A stretch of 63,273 nucleotides of DNA, counting the filler. It is 4 parts of 4 records of this genome, joined end to end, with 100 filler letters (N's around TTAATTAATTAA, not from the genome) between each part and the next. Parts side by side here need not be neighbours in the genome. Positions count along the whole stretch, not along the records: positions 56,130 to 63,273 come from SRR2962707_3243; 3 more parts are not named here. One strand, 5' to 3'. The position numbers and the translations under genes are program-made. The notes beneath the pieces are model-generated. The model saw nothing but the letters and a program-made list of their open reading frames with translations. It was not told the DNA's origin and ran no database searches. Of the stretch, positions 56,030 to 63,273 are shown one piece after another; positions within the stretch are counted from its first letter, which is position 1, and every line of letters begins with the position of its first letter.

Positions 56030-56129
56030 NNNNNNNNNNNNNNNNNNNNNNNNNNNNNNNNNNNNNNNNNNNNTTAATTAATTAANNNNNNNNNNNNNNN
56101 NNNNNNNNNNNNNNNNNNNNNNNNNNNNN
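56030..56129. other. Artificial contig spacer
   Basis: N-run with TTAATTAATTAA at 56074-56085. Confidence 0.98.
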
Positions 56130-57063
56130 GCTGAAACCGATGAACTGCCCCTGCCACGTTCAGGTTTTCAACCAAGGTCTGAAATCCTATCGGGATCTGC
56201 CGATCCGCATGGCGGAATTCGGTTCATGTAACCGCTATGAGCCTTCGGGCGCCTTGCACGGCATCATGCGTGTGCGTGGGTTCACCCAAGATGACGCGCA
56301 TATCTTTTGCACCGATGAACAAATCGAAATGGAAACCAAGAAGTTCATCGAATTTCTGGCCGGTATCTATGCGGATCTCGGCTTCCATGAATGGAAGGTC
56401 AAACTGTCGACCCGTCCTGAAAAGCGGATCGGAAGCGAAGAGAGCTGGGATCGTGTAGAAGCCGCGCTTGGCGATGCCTGTAAAGCCGCAGGGTATGACT
56501 TTGAACTCCAGGAAGGCGAAGGCGCCTTTTATGGTCCGAAGCTCGAATTCGTTCTGACCGACGCGATTGGCCGGGACTGGCAATGTGGCACCTTGCAGGT
56601 TGACCCCAACCTGCCGGACCGTCTGGATGCAACTTACATCGGACAAGATGGGGGCAAACATCGCCCTGTCATGTTGCACCGAGCCGTTCTGGGCTCATTT
56701 GAGCGTTTCATTGGTATTCTGATCGAGGAACACGCGGGCAAGCTGCCGTTCTGGTTGGCCCCGCGTCAGGTGGTTGTGGCCTCGATCGTTTCCGAAGCGG
56801 ATGATTTCGTTCATGAAACTGTTGCTGCGCTGCGCGCGGTTGGTGTCCGGGCTGAGGCGGATACGCGGAACGAAAAGATCAACTATAAGGTCCGCGAACA
56901 TTCACTGGGCAAGGTCCCTGTGATTTTGGCCATCGGTCATCGGGAAGTTGAACAAAGAACTGTCACCGTACGACGCTTGGGACAGAAACAGACTTCTGTA
57001 ACATCCCTAGAGGAAATCGTGAGCAGCCTCGGCAAAGACGCCACGCCGCCCGATCTTTTGTAA
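56130..57063 (+). CDS. thrS: Threonine--tRNA ligase (5'-truncated)
   Basis: [29 protein letters not shown] and [11 protein letters not shown] motifs. Confidence 0.97.
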
Positions 57064-57089
57064 CATTCCAGGACTGGAACGTTGATAAT

Positions 57090-57123
57090 AGGCCCCGAAA
57101 TGTTTCGGGGCCTTTTTCTTTTT
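57090..57123 (+). terminator. Intrinsic terminator after thrS
   Basis: AGGCCCCGAAA-tg-TTTCGGGGCCT followed by a T run. Confidence 0.9.
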
Positions 57124-57297
57124 CCTTTATTTACAAGGGTGCATACCCGGTTTGCAGCTCACGCAACCCTGACATGGACTGACGGCTCTGTGATGCACAG
57201 CCCTGTGAGTGGCTCAAAACGATGCGAGGCGTCACATTCAGGACATCGCCGGACAAACCCGGTGATCCAGTTTCAAACCACCTGAAAGGGAATTCAC

Positions 57298-57600
57298 ATG
57301 TCCATTACTTTGAAAACCGTTGCAATCGTTGGCGCAGTCGCAGCTTCAGTCGCTGCTCACGGAACCGTGGCTTCTGCACAGTCGCAGGAAAAGTGCTTTG
57401 GTGTGTCGTTGGCAGGTGCCAATGATTGCGCCGCAGGCCCAGGTACAACATGCGCCGGATCTTCCAAAGTTGACTACCAAGGCAACGCCTGGACATTGGT
57501 TGACGCCGGCTCATGCACCACAATCGAACTTCCCGCCATGGCAGATGGCAAGGCCCGCATGGGTTCGTTGGAAGCTCTTGACCGTGACCTTCCAGCATAA
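57298..57600 (+). CDS. DUF2282 bufferin-type (BufA1) RiPP precursor with signal peptide
   Basis: Signal ending in ASA, then [24 protein letters not shown]...WTLVDAGSC with 4 Cys. Confidence 0.93.
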   Translation: MSITLKTVAIVGAVAASVAAHGTVASAQSQEKCFGVSLAGANDCAAGPGTTCAGSSKVDYQGNAWTLVDAGSCTTIELPAMADGKARMGSLEALDRDLPA

Positions 57601-57618
57601 GTCGACAGTAAAAATGAT

Positions 57619-57647
57619 CCATGGCACGCGACACGCGCGTGCCATGG
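57619..57647 (+). other. 12-bp perfect stem-loop downstream of the precursor gene
   Basis: CCATGGCACGCG-acacg-CGCGTGCCATGG. Confidence 0.8.
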
Positions 57648-57713
57648 CACATCTCAAGACGCGTCAGTCCCAGCTTAGATTTTGGGAATGGCCCCCAATC
57701 AAAGAGCCTTCCC

Positions 57714-58562
57714 ATGTTTGACGAAACTCGGTCTTTGCCACTGGCGCCCGGTGTTGGGTATAAACCCCAGCATTATTCCGCGATCATGCAAGAGGCACAG
57801 CCAGTCGAATGGCTGGAGATCCACGCCGAGAATTACATGGGAGACGGTGGCCGTCCTTTGGCTCAGCTCCGTCATTTGGCCGAACGTTTTCCAATTTCCG
57901 TCCATGGGGTAGGCCTTTCCATTGGCGGCGAAGGCCGTCTGGACCAAGATCATCTGGCACGCCTGAAACACCTTGTTTCATGGTTAAACCCAGCCAGCTT
58001 TTCTGAGCACCTTGCTTGGTCGACGCATGACAGCCATTTCCTGAATGACCTTTTGCCCCTGCCTTACACGGCCTCCAGTTTGACCCGCATCTGCAACCAC
58101 ATAGACGAGGTTCAAACGACCTTGGGGCGCAGCATGCTTTTGGAGAACCCCTCCAGCTATCTGGCCTTTGCCGAAAGCACCTATGAAGAACCCGAATTTC
58201 TGGCGGAAATCGCCCGGCGGACGGGGTGTGGCCTGTTGCTGGACGTGAACAATGTCTTCGTCTCAGCCACCAATCTTGGCTATGCGCCACAGTCCTATAT
58301 TGACGCCTACCCACTTGATTTGGTCGGAGAAATTCACCTTGGCGGGCATGATGATGACACCGATGACCACGGAGCGCCGTTGTTGATCGACAGCCATGGC
58401 CGCGAGGTCGCTGACCCGGTTTGGGCTTTGCTGGATTACACCTTGCGTCAATCCGGCAGCAAACCTTTGCTGGTCGAATGGGACAATGACGTACCCGATT
58501 GGCCAACCCTAGCCGCCGAAGCCGAACGTGCCGCCACGGCATTGCTTGAGGTGAGCGCATGA
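57714..58562 (+). CDS. DUF692 MNIO (BufB-like)
   Basis: [41 protein letters not shown] and VEWD motifs. ATG at 57714 is preferred because the 57621 ATG lies inside the hairpin. Confidence 0.95.
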   Translation: MFDETRSLPLAPGVGYKPQHYSAIMQEAQPVEWLEIHAENYMGDGGRPLAQLRHLAERFPISVHGVGLSIGGEGRLDQDHLARLKHLVSWLNPASFSEHLAWSTHDSHFLNDLLPLPYTASSLTRICNHIDEVQTTLGRSMLLENPSSYLAFAESTYEEPEFLAEIARRTGCGLLLDVNNVFVSATNLGYAPQSYIDAYPLDLVGEIHLGGHDDDTDDHGAPLLIDSHGREVADPVWALLDYTLRQSGSKPLLVEWDNDVPDWPTLAAEAERAATALLEVSA

Positions 58563-59296
58563 CCTCACAAACCGAATTCCGCTCCGCTTTGCTGGATGCC
58601 ACAATGCCTGTTCCAAGCGGGCTGTTGGATGGGTTGGGCAACCCGGCCGGTGCCCGCTATTCCGTTTATCGCAACAATGTTGCCGTCAGCCTGACAGAAG
58701 CTTTGACAACCGCATTTCCAGTTGTTCAAAACCTGATTGGCGAAGAGAACTTTCAAAAGATCGCGTCGCTATACTTGCGTCAGGAACCGCCGACATCCCC
58801 TTTGATGATGCACTATGGGGCCGGATTTCCTGCCTTTTTACAAGATTTTGAGCCGTTGGCACATATCGGGTACTTAGCAGATATCGCACGATTGGAACAC
58901 GCTTTACGCCAGTCCTATCATGCAGCCGACAGCTCAGCAGCCGATCCGACCATCTTACAGAACCTGAGCGAAGACGCTCTGATGGCGTGCAAAATGCGCG
59001 TTGCACCTTCCGTCCGGGTATTCTCTTCCTCCTGGCCCGTCGTATCCATCTGGGCCTATGCCCGTGACCCAAGCGTGGGTCAGCCACCCGCTGTGCCGCA
59101 AGACTGTATTATCTTGCGACCTGAATTCGATCCGATGCCCCACATACTGCCAAATGGCGGTTTGGCCTTCGTTACAACGCTGGCCAAGGGACAAACCTTT
59201 GGCGCGGCGTTGACGGCCGCCGGTGATGGATTTGATTTGACCGCAGCCCTCAACCTTCTGCTGTCGCACGGCGCGATAACAGACATTCAGACTTGA
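58559..59296 (+). CDS. DUF2063 / BufC-HvfC-like partner protein
   Basis: [17 protein letters not shown]...[13 protein letters not shown] overlap with DUF692. Confidence 0.92.
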   Translation: MTSQTEFRSALLDATMPVPSGLLDGLGNPAGARYSVYRNNVAVSLTEALTTAFPVVQNLIGEENFQKIASLYLRQEPPTSPLMMHYGAGFPAFLQDFEPLAHIGYLADIARLEHALRQSYHAADSSAADPTILQNLSEDALMACKMRVAPSVRVFSSSWPVVSIWAYARDPSVGQPPAVPQDCIILRPEFDPMPHILPNGGLAFVTTLAKGQTFGAALTAAGDGFDLTAALNLLLSHGAITDIQT

Positions 59297-59307
59297 AAGG
59301 CCACACC

Positions 59308-59883
59308 ATGGACCGCCTGATCTCTATTCACGACGCCATTTTTGACCAAGTTGAAAAAGCAGATGGCGTGTTGCCGCTGTTGTCGCGGCTTTTGTTTGCT
59401 GGCACGTTGTTTGGCTATTTCTGGGCCTCGGGCCTAACGAAACTTGGAGACGGGATATTCGGTTTTCTTTCGCCATCCTTGGGTGCTTACGCTCAGATCT
59501 TCCCTAAACAAATGGAAGCCGTCGGATATGATGTCAGCCAATTGGGCGTCTTTCACTGGGCCGTTGTGGTGGCGGGGACATGGGCAGAGTTCATTCTACC
59601 GGTCTTGATCGTTCTGGGCTTGGCAACCCGTCTTGCAGCGCTCGGAATGATCGGATTCATCATCGTTCAAAGCCTGACAGATCTTTATGGTCACGGCGCA
59701 ATCGAACACGAGGGCACACTGGGGGCATGGTTTGACAAGGCACCCGACAGCCTGATCCTGGACCAACGGGCATTTTGGATGTTCACCTTAATTGTTCTGG
59801 TGATCAAAGGCGCCGGTATGATCTCGCTAGATCGTATTCTCAGCCGCCAGGTTATGGGGACCACGCAACCCGCGAACGTCTAG
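59308..59883 (+). CDS. DoxX family membrane protein (BufD-like)
   Basis: YFWASGLTK, EFILPVLIVLGLATRLAA and GAGMISLD motifs; RBS GAAAGG. Confidence 0.9.
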   Translation: MDRLISIHDAIFDQVEKADGVLPLLSRLLFAGTLFGYFWASGLTKLGDGIFGFLSPSLGAYAQIFPKQMEAVGYDVSQLGVFHWAVVVAGTWAEFILPVLIVLGLATRLAALGMIGFIIVQSLTDLYGHGAIEHEGTLGAWFDKAPDSLILDQRAFWMFTLIVLVIKGAGMISLDRILSRQVMGTTQPANV

Positions 59884-60045
59884 CCACAGGGACAAACCGG
59901 TATACCGCGCTTGATAACCTTCGGTCCCAAAGTTCAATGGGACGCCATGTTTGACCGCTCACTAGAATAGACAAACGCCAAGGCACGGCACAAACAGAAG
60001 CAAAATGCCTATTCATCAGCGCCTCTTTGGGGCGCTGATCAGCCT

Positions 60046-60414
60046 TCAGAAATGGGTCTTTGCTTCGTCTGGCTTTCCTGCGGCCAAGGCCAACACCCCG
60101 CCCAACCCTGCAAAAGCAATTGGGAACATGGTGAAAACATTAAACCCAAAGGCAGCATACATGCCTATTGCGGACAAGATCAGCAAACCGCCGCCCCATA
60201 AGGCGCGCATCTTGGCCATCGCCCCACCGGCAATCGCCATCAGCGGCGAAAGGATCGACATGATCCGCACCAGTTCCGGACGGTCAAACATTCCGAACGT
60301 GTTTTCGACTTCTGAGAAGTTCCGCGCCAGCTCTGTGTAACCAAAGCCGAAAAACCCAACAATCATCCCGATCACGCCGGCGATGATGCCCAGCGTCAAT
60401 GCTGCATTGCGCAT
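60046..60414 (-). CDS. Small hypothetical membrane protein (about 4 TM)
   Basis: Hydrophobic ORF with RBS AGGAG, directly downstream of the ArsC-family gene. Confidence 0.75.
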   Translation of the reverse strand: MRNAALTLGIIAGVIGMIVGFFGFGYTELARNFSEVENTFGMFDRPELVRIMSILSPLMAIAGGAMAKMRALWGGGLLILSAIGMYAAFGFNVFTMFPIAFAGLGGVLALAAGKPDEAKTHF

Positions 60415-60415
60415 C

Positions 60416-60733
60416 TTATGACACTCCTAAAGCGACTTGAGTTGGCTTGGTCCATCCGAGATAGCTCTGATCTCCGACAAGAATCAGCGGCCGCTTCATC
60501 AGGGTTGGATGGTCCTGCAACAAATCAAGCGATGGGCGTGCGCGCTCAGCCTCGTCCAGACCGCGCCACGTTGTCGAGCGGACGTTGACCAAAGCTGCGC
60601 CATGCAGCTCAAACGCCTGCTGCAACAGGTCCACCGACATGCCGTCTTCACGAACATCGACAAAATCAAAATCTGGCAATGCCTTGCGCGCCTTTCTGCA
60701 AGTGTCGCAGGTTTTTATCCCATAGATGATCAT
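60416..60733 (-). CDS. ArsC/Spx/YffB family protein
   Basis: YGIKTCDTCRKA, STTWRGL and HPTLMKRP motifs; RBS AAGGAG before the ATG at 60733. Confidence 0.9.
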   Translation of the reverse strand: MIIYGIKTCDTCRKARKALPDFDFVDVREDGMSVDLLQQAFELHGAALVNVRSTTWRGLDEAERARPSLDLLQDHPTLMKRPLILVGDQSYLGWTKPTQVALGVS

Positions 60734-60961
60734 TCCAGCTCCTTTGATATTAATGACCAAATAAGCATCAAATCACGGTTTTGCGAGGCTGTTTTTCTTG
60801 ATTTTCGACCGGATCACGCAAAATAATCTTTGAGACCTTCGTGTTTTTTCTCGGGGCCGCTCCTGAAACTGCGGCCAAATGTTACCGAGATATGAAACAC
60901 AAAGGGCGTAAATTGACCTGCCCCTCAGGTCCAATGAAAGAGTTAGAAGGAGACACGGCAT

Positions 60962-61168
60962 ATGCCCACCGGCACCGTGAAATGGTTTAACACCACCAAA
61001 GGTTACGGGTTTATTGCACCCGATGACGGCGGAAAAGACGTCTTTGTTCATATCTCAGCGGTCGAGCGTTCAGGCTTAACCGGGTTGGCTGACAATCAAA
61101 AAGTTGGTTTTGATCTGAAAGAAGGACGCGACGGACGGATGATGGCATCCGATATCCAAGCGATCTAA
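60962..61168 (+). CDS. cspA: Cold-shock protein
   Basis: GTVKWFNTTKGYGFI and DVFVHISA motifs. Confidence 0.93.
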   Translation: MPTGTVKWFNTTKGYGFIAPDDGGKDVFVHISAVERSGLTGLADNQKVGFDLKEGRDGRMMASDIQAI

Positions 61169-61170
61169 AC

Positions 61171-62076
61171 TCAGGCAGTTTGCAACCGTTCCGCCTCGAC
61201 TCTGGCGAGGTGGATCAGCTCCTGAACAAAGGGCTTGTCTATGTCCTCAGTGCGCGTCGCGGCATACAGACGGCGCGTGATTCCTTTTTCCGTGAGGGGC
61301 AATGTGACGTAGTCGGAACTGTATTTCACTTCACGCACAACCCAATCGGGCAACACGGCAACGCCTCGGTTAGAGGCGACCAACAAAAGAATGACCGCAG
61401 TCAGTTCGACTTGTCGAATAGCAGCGGGTTCGACCTTGGCCGGGGTCAATAGCTGACTGAACACATCAAGCCGAGAGCGTTCAACCGGGTATGTGATCAA
61501 GGTCTGCCCCCGGAAATCCTCAGCCGTGATATGGGTTTTTGCCGCCAATGGGTGCCCTGAGGCCGCGACGAATACAGCCTGATAGTCAAAGAGCTTTGTA
61601 AAGGTAACGCCGGGAATATCCTCGGGATCAGACGAGACGACCAGATCCACCTGCTCTTTCTGCAGGGCGGGCAGCGCATCGAAAGCCAAACCGGGCCGAA
61701 TATCTACATCGACATCTGGCCAGTTTTTACGAAATCCTTCCAGAACAGGAAATAACCATTCGAAACAGGCATGACATTCAATCGCAATATGCATGCGCCC
61801 AGATGACCCGTCGCGCAAACCATCAAATTCAGCAAGGGCGGCTTCTACCTGAGGAAGGACTTGCTCGGCCAACCGCAGCAACCGCATCCCGGCGGCAGAA
61901 AGCTTCATCGGTTTTGAGCGGCGTATAAACAACTCAACCCCCGCCTGATCTTCCAACCCCTTGATTTGATGGCTCAAAGCAGATTGCGTAATATTAAGTT
62001 GGTCAGCCGCACGCGCCAAACCGCCGGCCTCGTGAATGGCCTTGATCGTACGGAGATGGCGGAACTCGATATGCAT
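61171..62076 (-). CDS. metR: LysR-type regulator MetR
   Basis: ITQSALSHQIK HTH and AIECHACFEWL; divergent from metF. Confidence 0.92.
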   Translation of the reverse strand: MHIEFRHLRTIKAIHEAGGLARAADQLNITQSALSHQIKGLEDQAGVELFIRRSKPMKLSAAGMRLLRLAEQVLPQVEAALAEFDGLRDGSSGRMHIAIECHACFEWLFPVLEGFRKNWPDVDVDIRPGLAFDALPALQKEQVDLVVSSDPEDIPGVTFTKLFDYQAVFVAASGHPLAAKTHITAEDFRGQTLITYPVERSRLDVFSQLLTPAKVEPAAIRQVELTAVILLLVASNRGVAVLPDWVVREVKYSSDYVTLPLTEKGITRRLYAATRTEDIDKPFVQELIHLARVEAERLQTA

Positions 62077-62079
62077 ATC

Positions 62080-62123
62080 TGAATGATCTTCATGTTAGTC
62101 TTGAGATTTATGAGTTTGTTTCA
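62080..62123. promoter_or_regulatory. MetR binding sites
   Basis: TGAA-TGATC-TTCA at 62080-62092 (consensus TGAA-N5-TTCA) and a weaker TGAG-TTTGT-TTCA at 62111-62123. Confidence 0.75.
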
Positions 62124-62172
62124 CAATTCAACTCGTGCGACAAGGGATGAACATTAGATGTGAGAGACTCAA

Positions 62173-63039
62173 ATGACCGTGCCTGAAATTTCCTTCGAAT
62201 TCTTCCCTCCGAAAAATATTGAAGGCACTTTCCGCCTTTGGGACACTGTGCAAGTCTTGTCTCCGATGAAACCTCGCTTTGTCTCAGTCACCTATGGTGC
62301 CGGTGGGACGACCCGGGAGCTGACGCGCGATGTTGTTGCAACCCTGCATAAACACTCTGGTCTGCGCACCGCCGCGCATTTGACCTGTGTAAATGCCTCG
62401 AAAGAGGAAACTCTGAACATTGCGCGCGATTTTGCGGCGGCGGGTGTGACGGACATTGTCGCCTTGCGTGGTGATCCCCCAAAAGGACAGGACAAATTCA
62501 CAGCAACGCCTGATGGTTTCCAGAATTCATGTGAGTTGATCGAAGCTCTGAAAGAAACTGGCGACTTTTCTATTCGTGTTGGTGCCTACCCTGATGCTCA
62601 CCCCGAAGCGACTTCTGCGACCGCCGATGTCGAATACCTGAAACGCAAGTTTGATGCAGGTGCAGACGAAGCCCTCACGCAGTTCTTCTTTGAAGCCGAC
62701 ACATTCTTTCGGTTTCGGGATGCCTGCGAAAAAGCCGGGATCGACAAACCGATTGTGCCGGGCATTCTTCCGATCGAAAACTGGAAGGGCGCGCGTCGCT
62801 TTGCAGAAAGCTGCGGCACCAATATTCCGGCGTGGGTCATTGAAGCCTTTGAAAAAGCTGAACGTGATGGTCGCCAGGATCTGCTCGCAACGGCGCTGTG
62901 TACTGAGTTGTGTAGTGACCTGATGGAGGGTGGTGTCGACCAGTTGCATTTCTACACACTGAACCGGCCCGAACTCACACGGGATGTCTGCCACGCGATT
63001 GGTGTGACACCTTCGTTGAAACTGGAAAATGTAGCTTAA
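62173..63039 (+). CDS. metF: 5,10-methylenetetrahydrofolate reductase
   Basis: SFEFFPP, SVTYGAGG, AAHLTCV, ALRGDPP, TQFFF and LHFYTLN motifs. Confidence 0.96.
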   Translation: MTVPEISFEFFPPKNIEGTFRLWDTVQVLSPMKPRFVSVTYGAGGTTRELTRDVVATLHKHSGLRTAAHLTCVNASKEETLNIARDFAAAGVTDIVALRGDPPKGQDKFTATPDGFQNSCELIEALKETGDFSIRVGAYPDAHPEATSATADVEYLKRKFDAGADEALTQFFFEADTFFRFRDACEKAGIDKPIVPGILPIENWKGARRFAESCGTNIPAWVIEAFEKAERDGRQDLLATALCTELCSDLMEGGVDQLHFYTLNRPELTRDVCHAIGVTPSLKLENVA

Positions 63040-63201
63040 CACTTTTACTCACGCACAACCCAAGACAGAAAAATCTTCCGCGTTTTCGCTGGAGATTTTT
63101 TTATGCGTAATGCCTAAGGACTTTCTCCCCCTGTCCAATCCCGATTTGGCAATCAATCGGAGGAAACTTTGGAAAAATTTCGATTGGTCACACATTTCCT
63201 C

Positions 63202-63230
63202 TTGCAGACGGGCGTCGTAGCTTCTAAATC
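63202..63230 (+). promoter_or_regulatory. Sigma70-type promoter for the tRNA
   Basis: TTGCAG-N17-TAAATC, 18 nt before the tRNA 5' end. Confidence 0.5.
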
Positions 63231-63248
63231 GCACTCACTCAACGGAGT

Positions 63249-63273
63249 GCGGGCGTAGCTCAGGGGTAGAGCA
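63249..63273 (+). tRNA. tRNA 5' part, most likely tRNA-Gly (truncated by the window end)
   Basis: GCGGGCG-TA-GCTC-AGGGGTA-GAGC-A gives the acceptor strand and D-arm. The anticodon is not visible. Confidence 0.8.

Noticed and set aside
57621-57713. N-terminal extensions in the ORF track (also starts 849, 5684, 12368, 35888, 59293 and 60760)
   Set aside because: Downstream ATGs have better RBS or overlap context, and the extensions lack family similarity.
57784-58641. 285-aa antisense ORF over DUF692, and similar shadow ORFs throughout the window
   Set aside because: They overlap well-supported genes and have no recognisable motifs.

Overview
The window is not one locus. It is four unrelated contigs joined by 100-nt N spacers that carry TTAATTAATTAA. 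(1) 1-28017 is a marine gammaproteobacterium (Marinomonas-like, by inference). It holds a ZevB/RcnA-like transporter-zur-znuCB operon, three chemoreceptors, a complete DUF2282/DUF692/DUF2063/DoxX (bufferin-type MNIO RiPP) cluster with ECF sigma and zinc anti-sigma, yrdA, prlC, NCS1, sstT, a CSS-EAL phosphodiesterase, and a TRAP transporter with a Cache/NarL two-component system. (2) 28118-38780 is an alphaproteobacterium. It holds 11-bp-phased iteron/centromere-like repeats, an MHYT-GGDEF-EAL gene, a tRNA-Val 3' fragment flanked by IHF-like sites (att-like), a repeat-rich autotransporter, a LuxR-alpha/beta-hydrolase lacking the catalytic His, and a partial BCCT gene. (3) 38881-56029 is eukaryotic (protist-like) DNA. 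I spliced one 5'-truncated gene by hand into 19 exons and >4825 aa (2xSH3, DUF3638/DUF3645 SecA-like ATPase, EF-hands, Vps62-like domain). Its introns show a strong phase-2 / AG|GTAY bias. (4) 56130-63273 is Rhodobacteraceae-like: thrS, a second bufferin-type cluster, ArsC/YffB, csp, metR/metF and the start of tRNA-Gly. All family calls come from motif recognition by eye; no database search was run.
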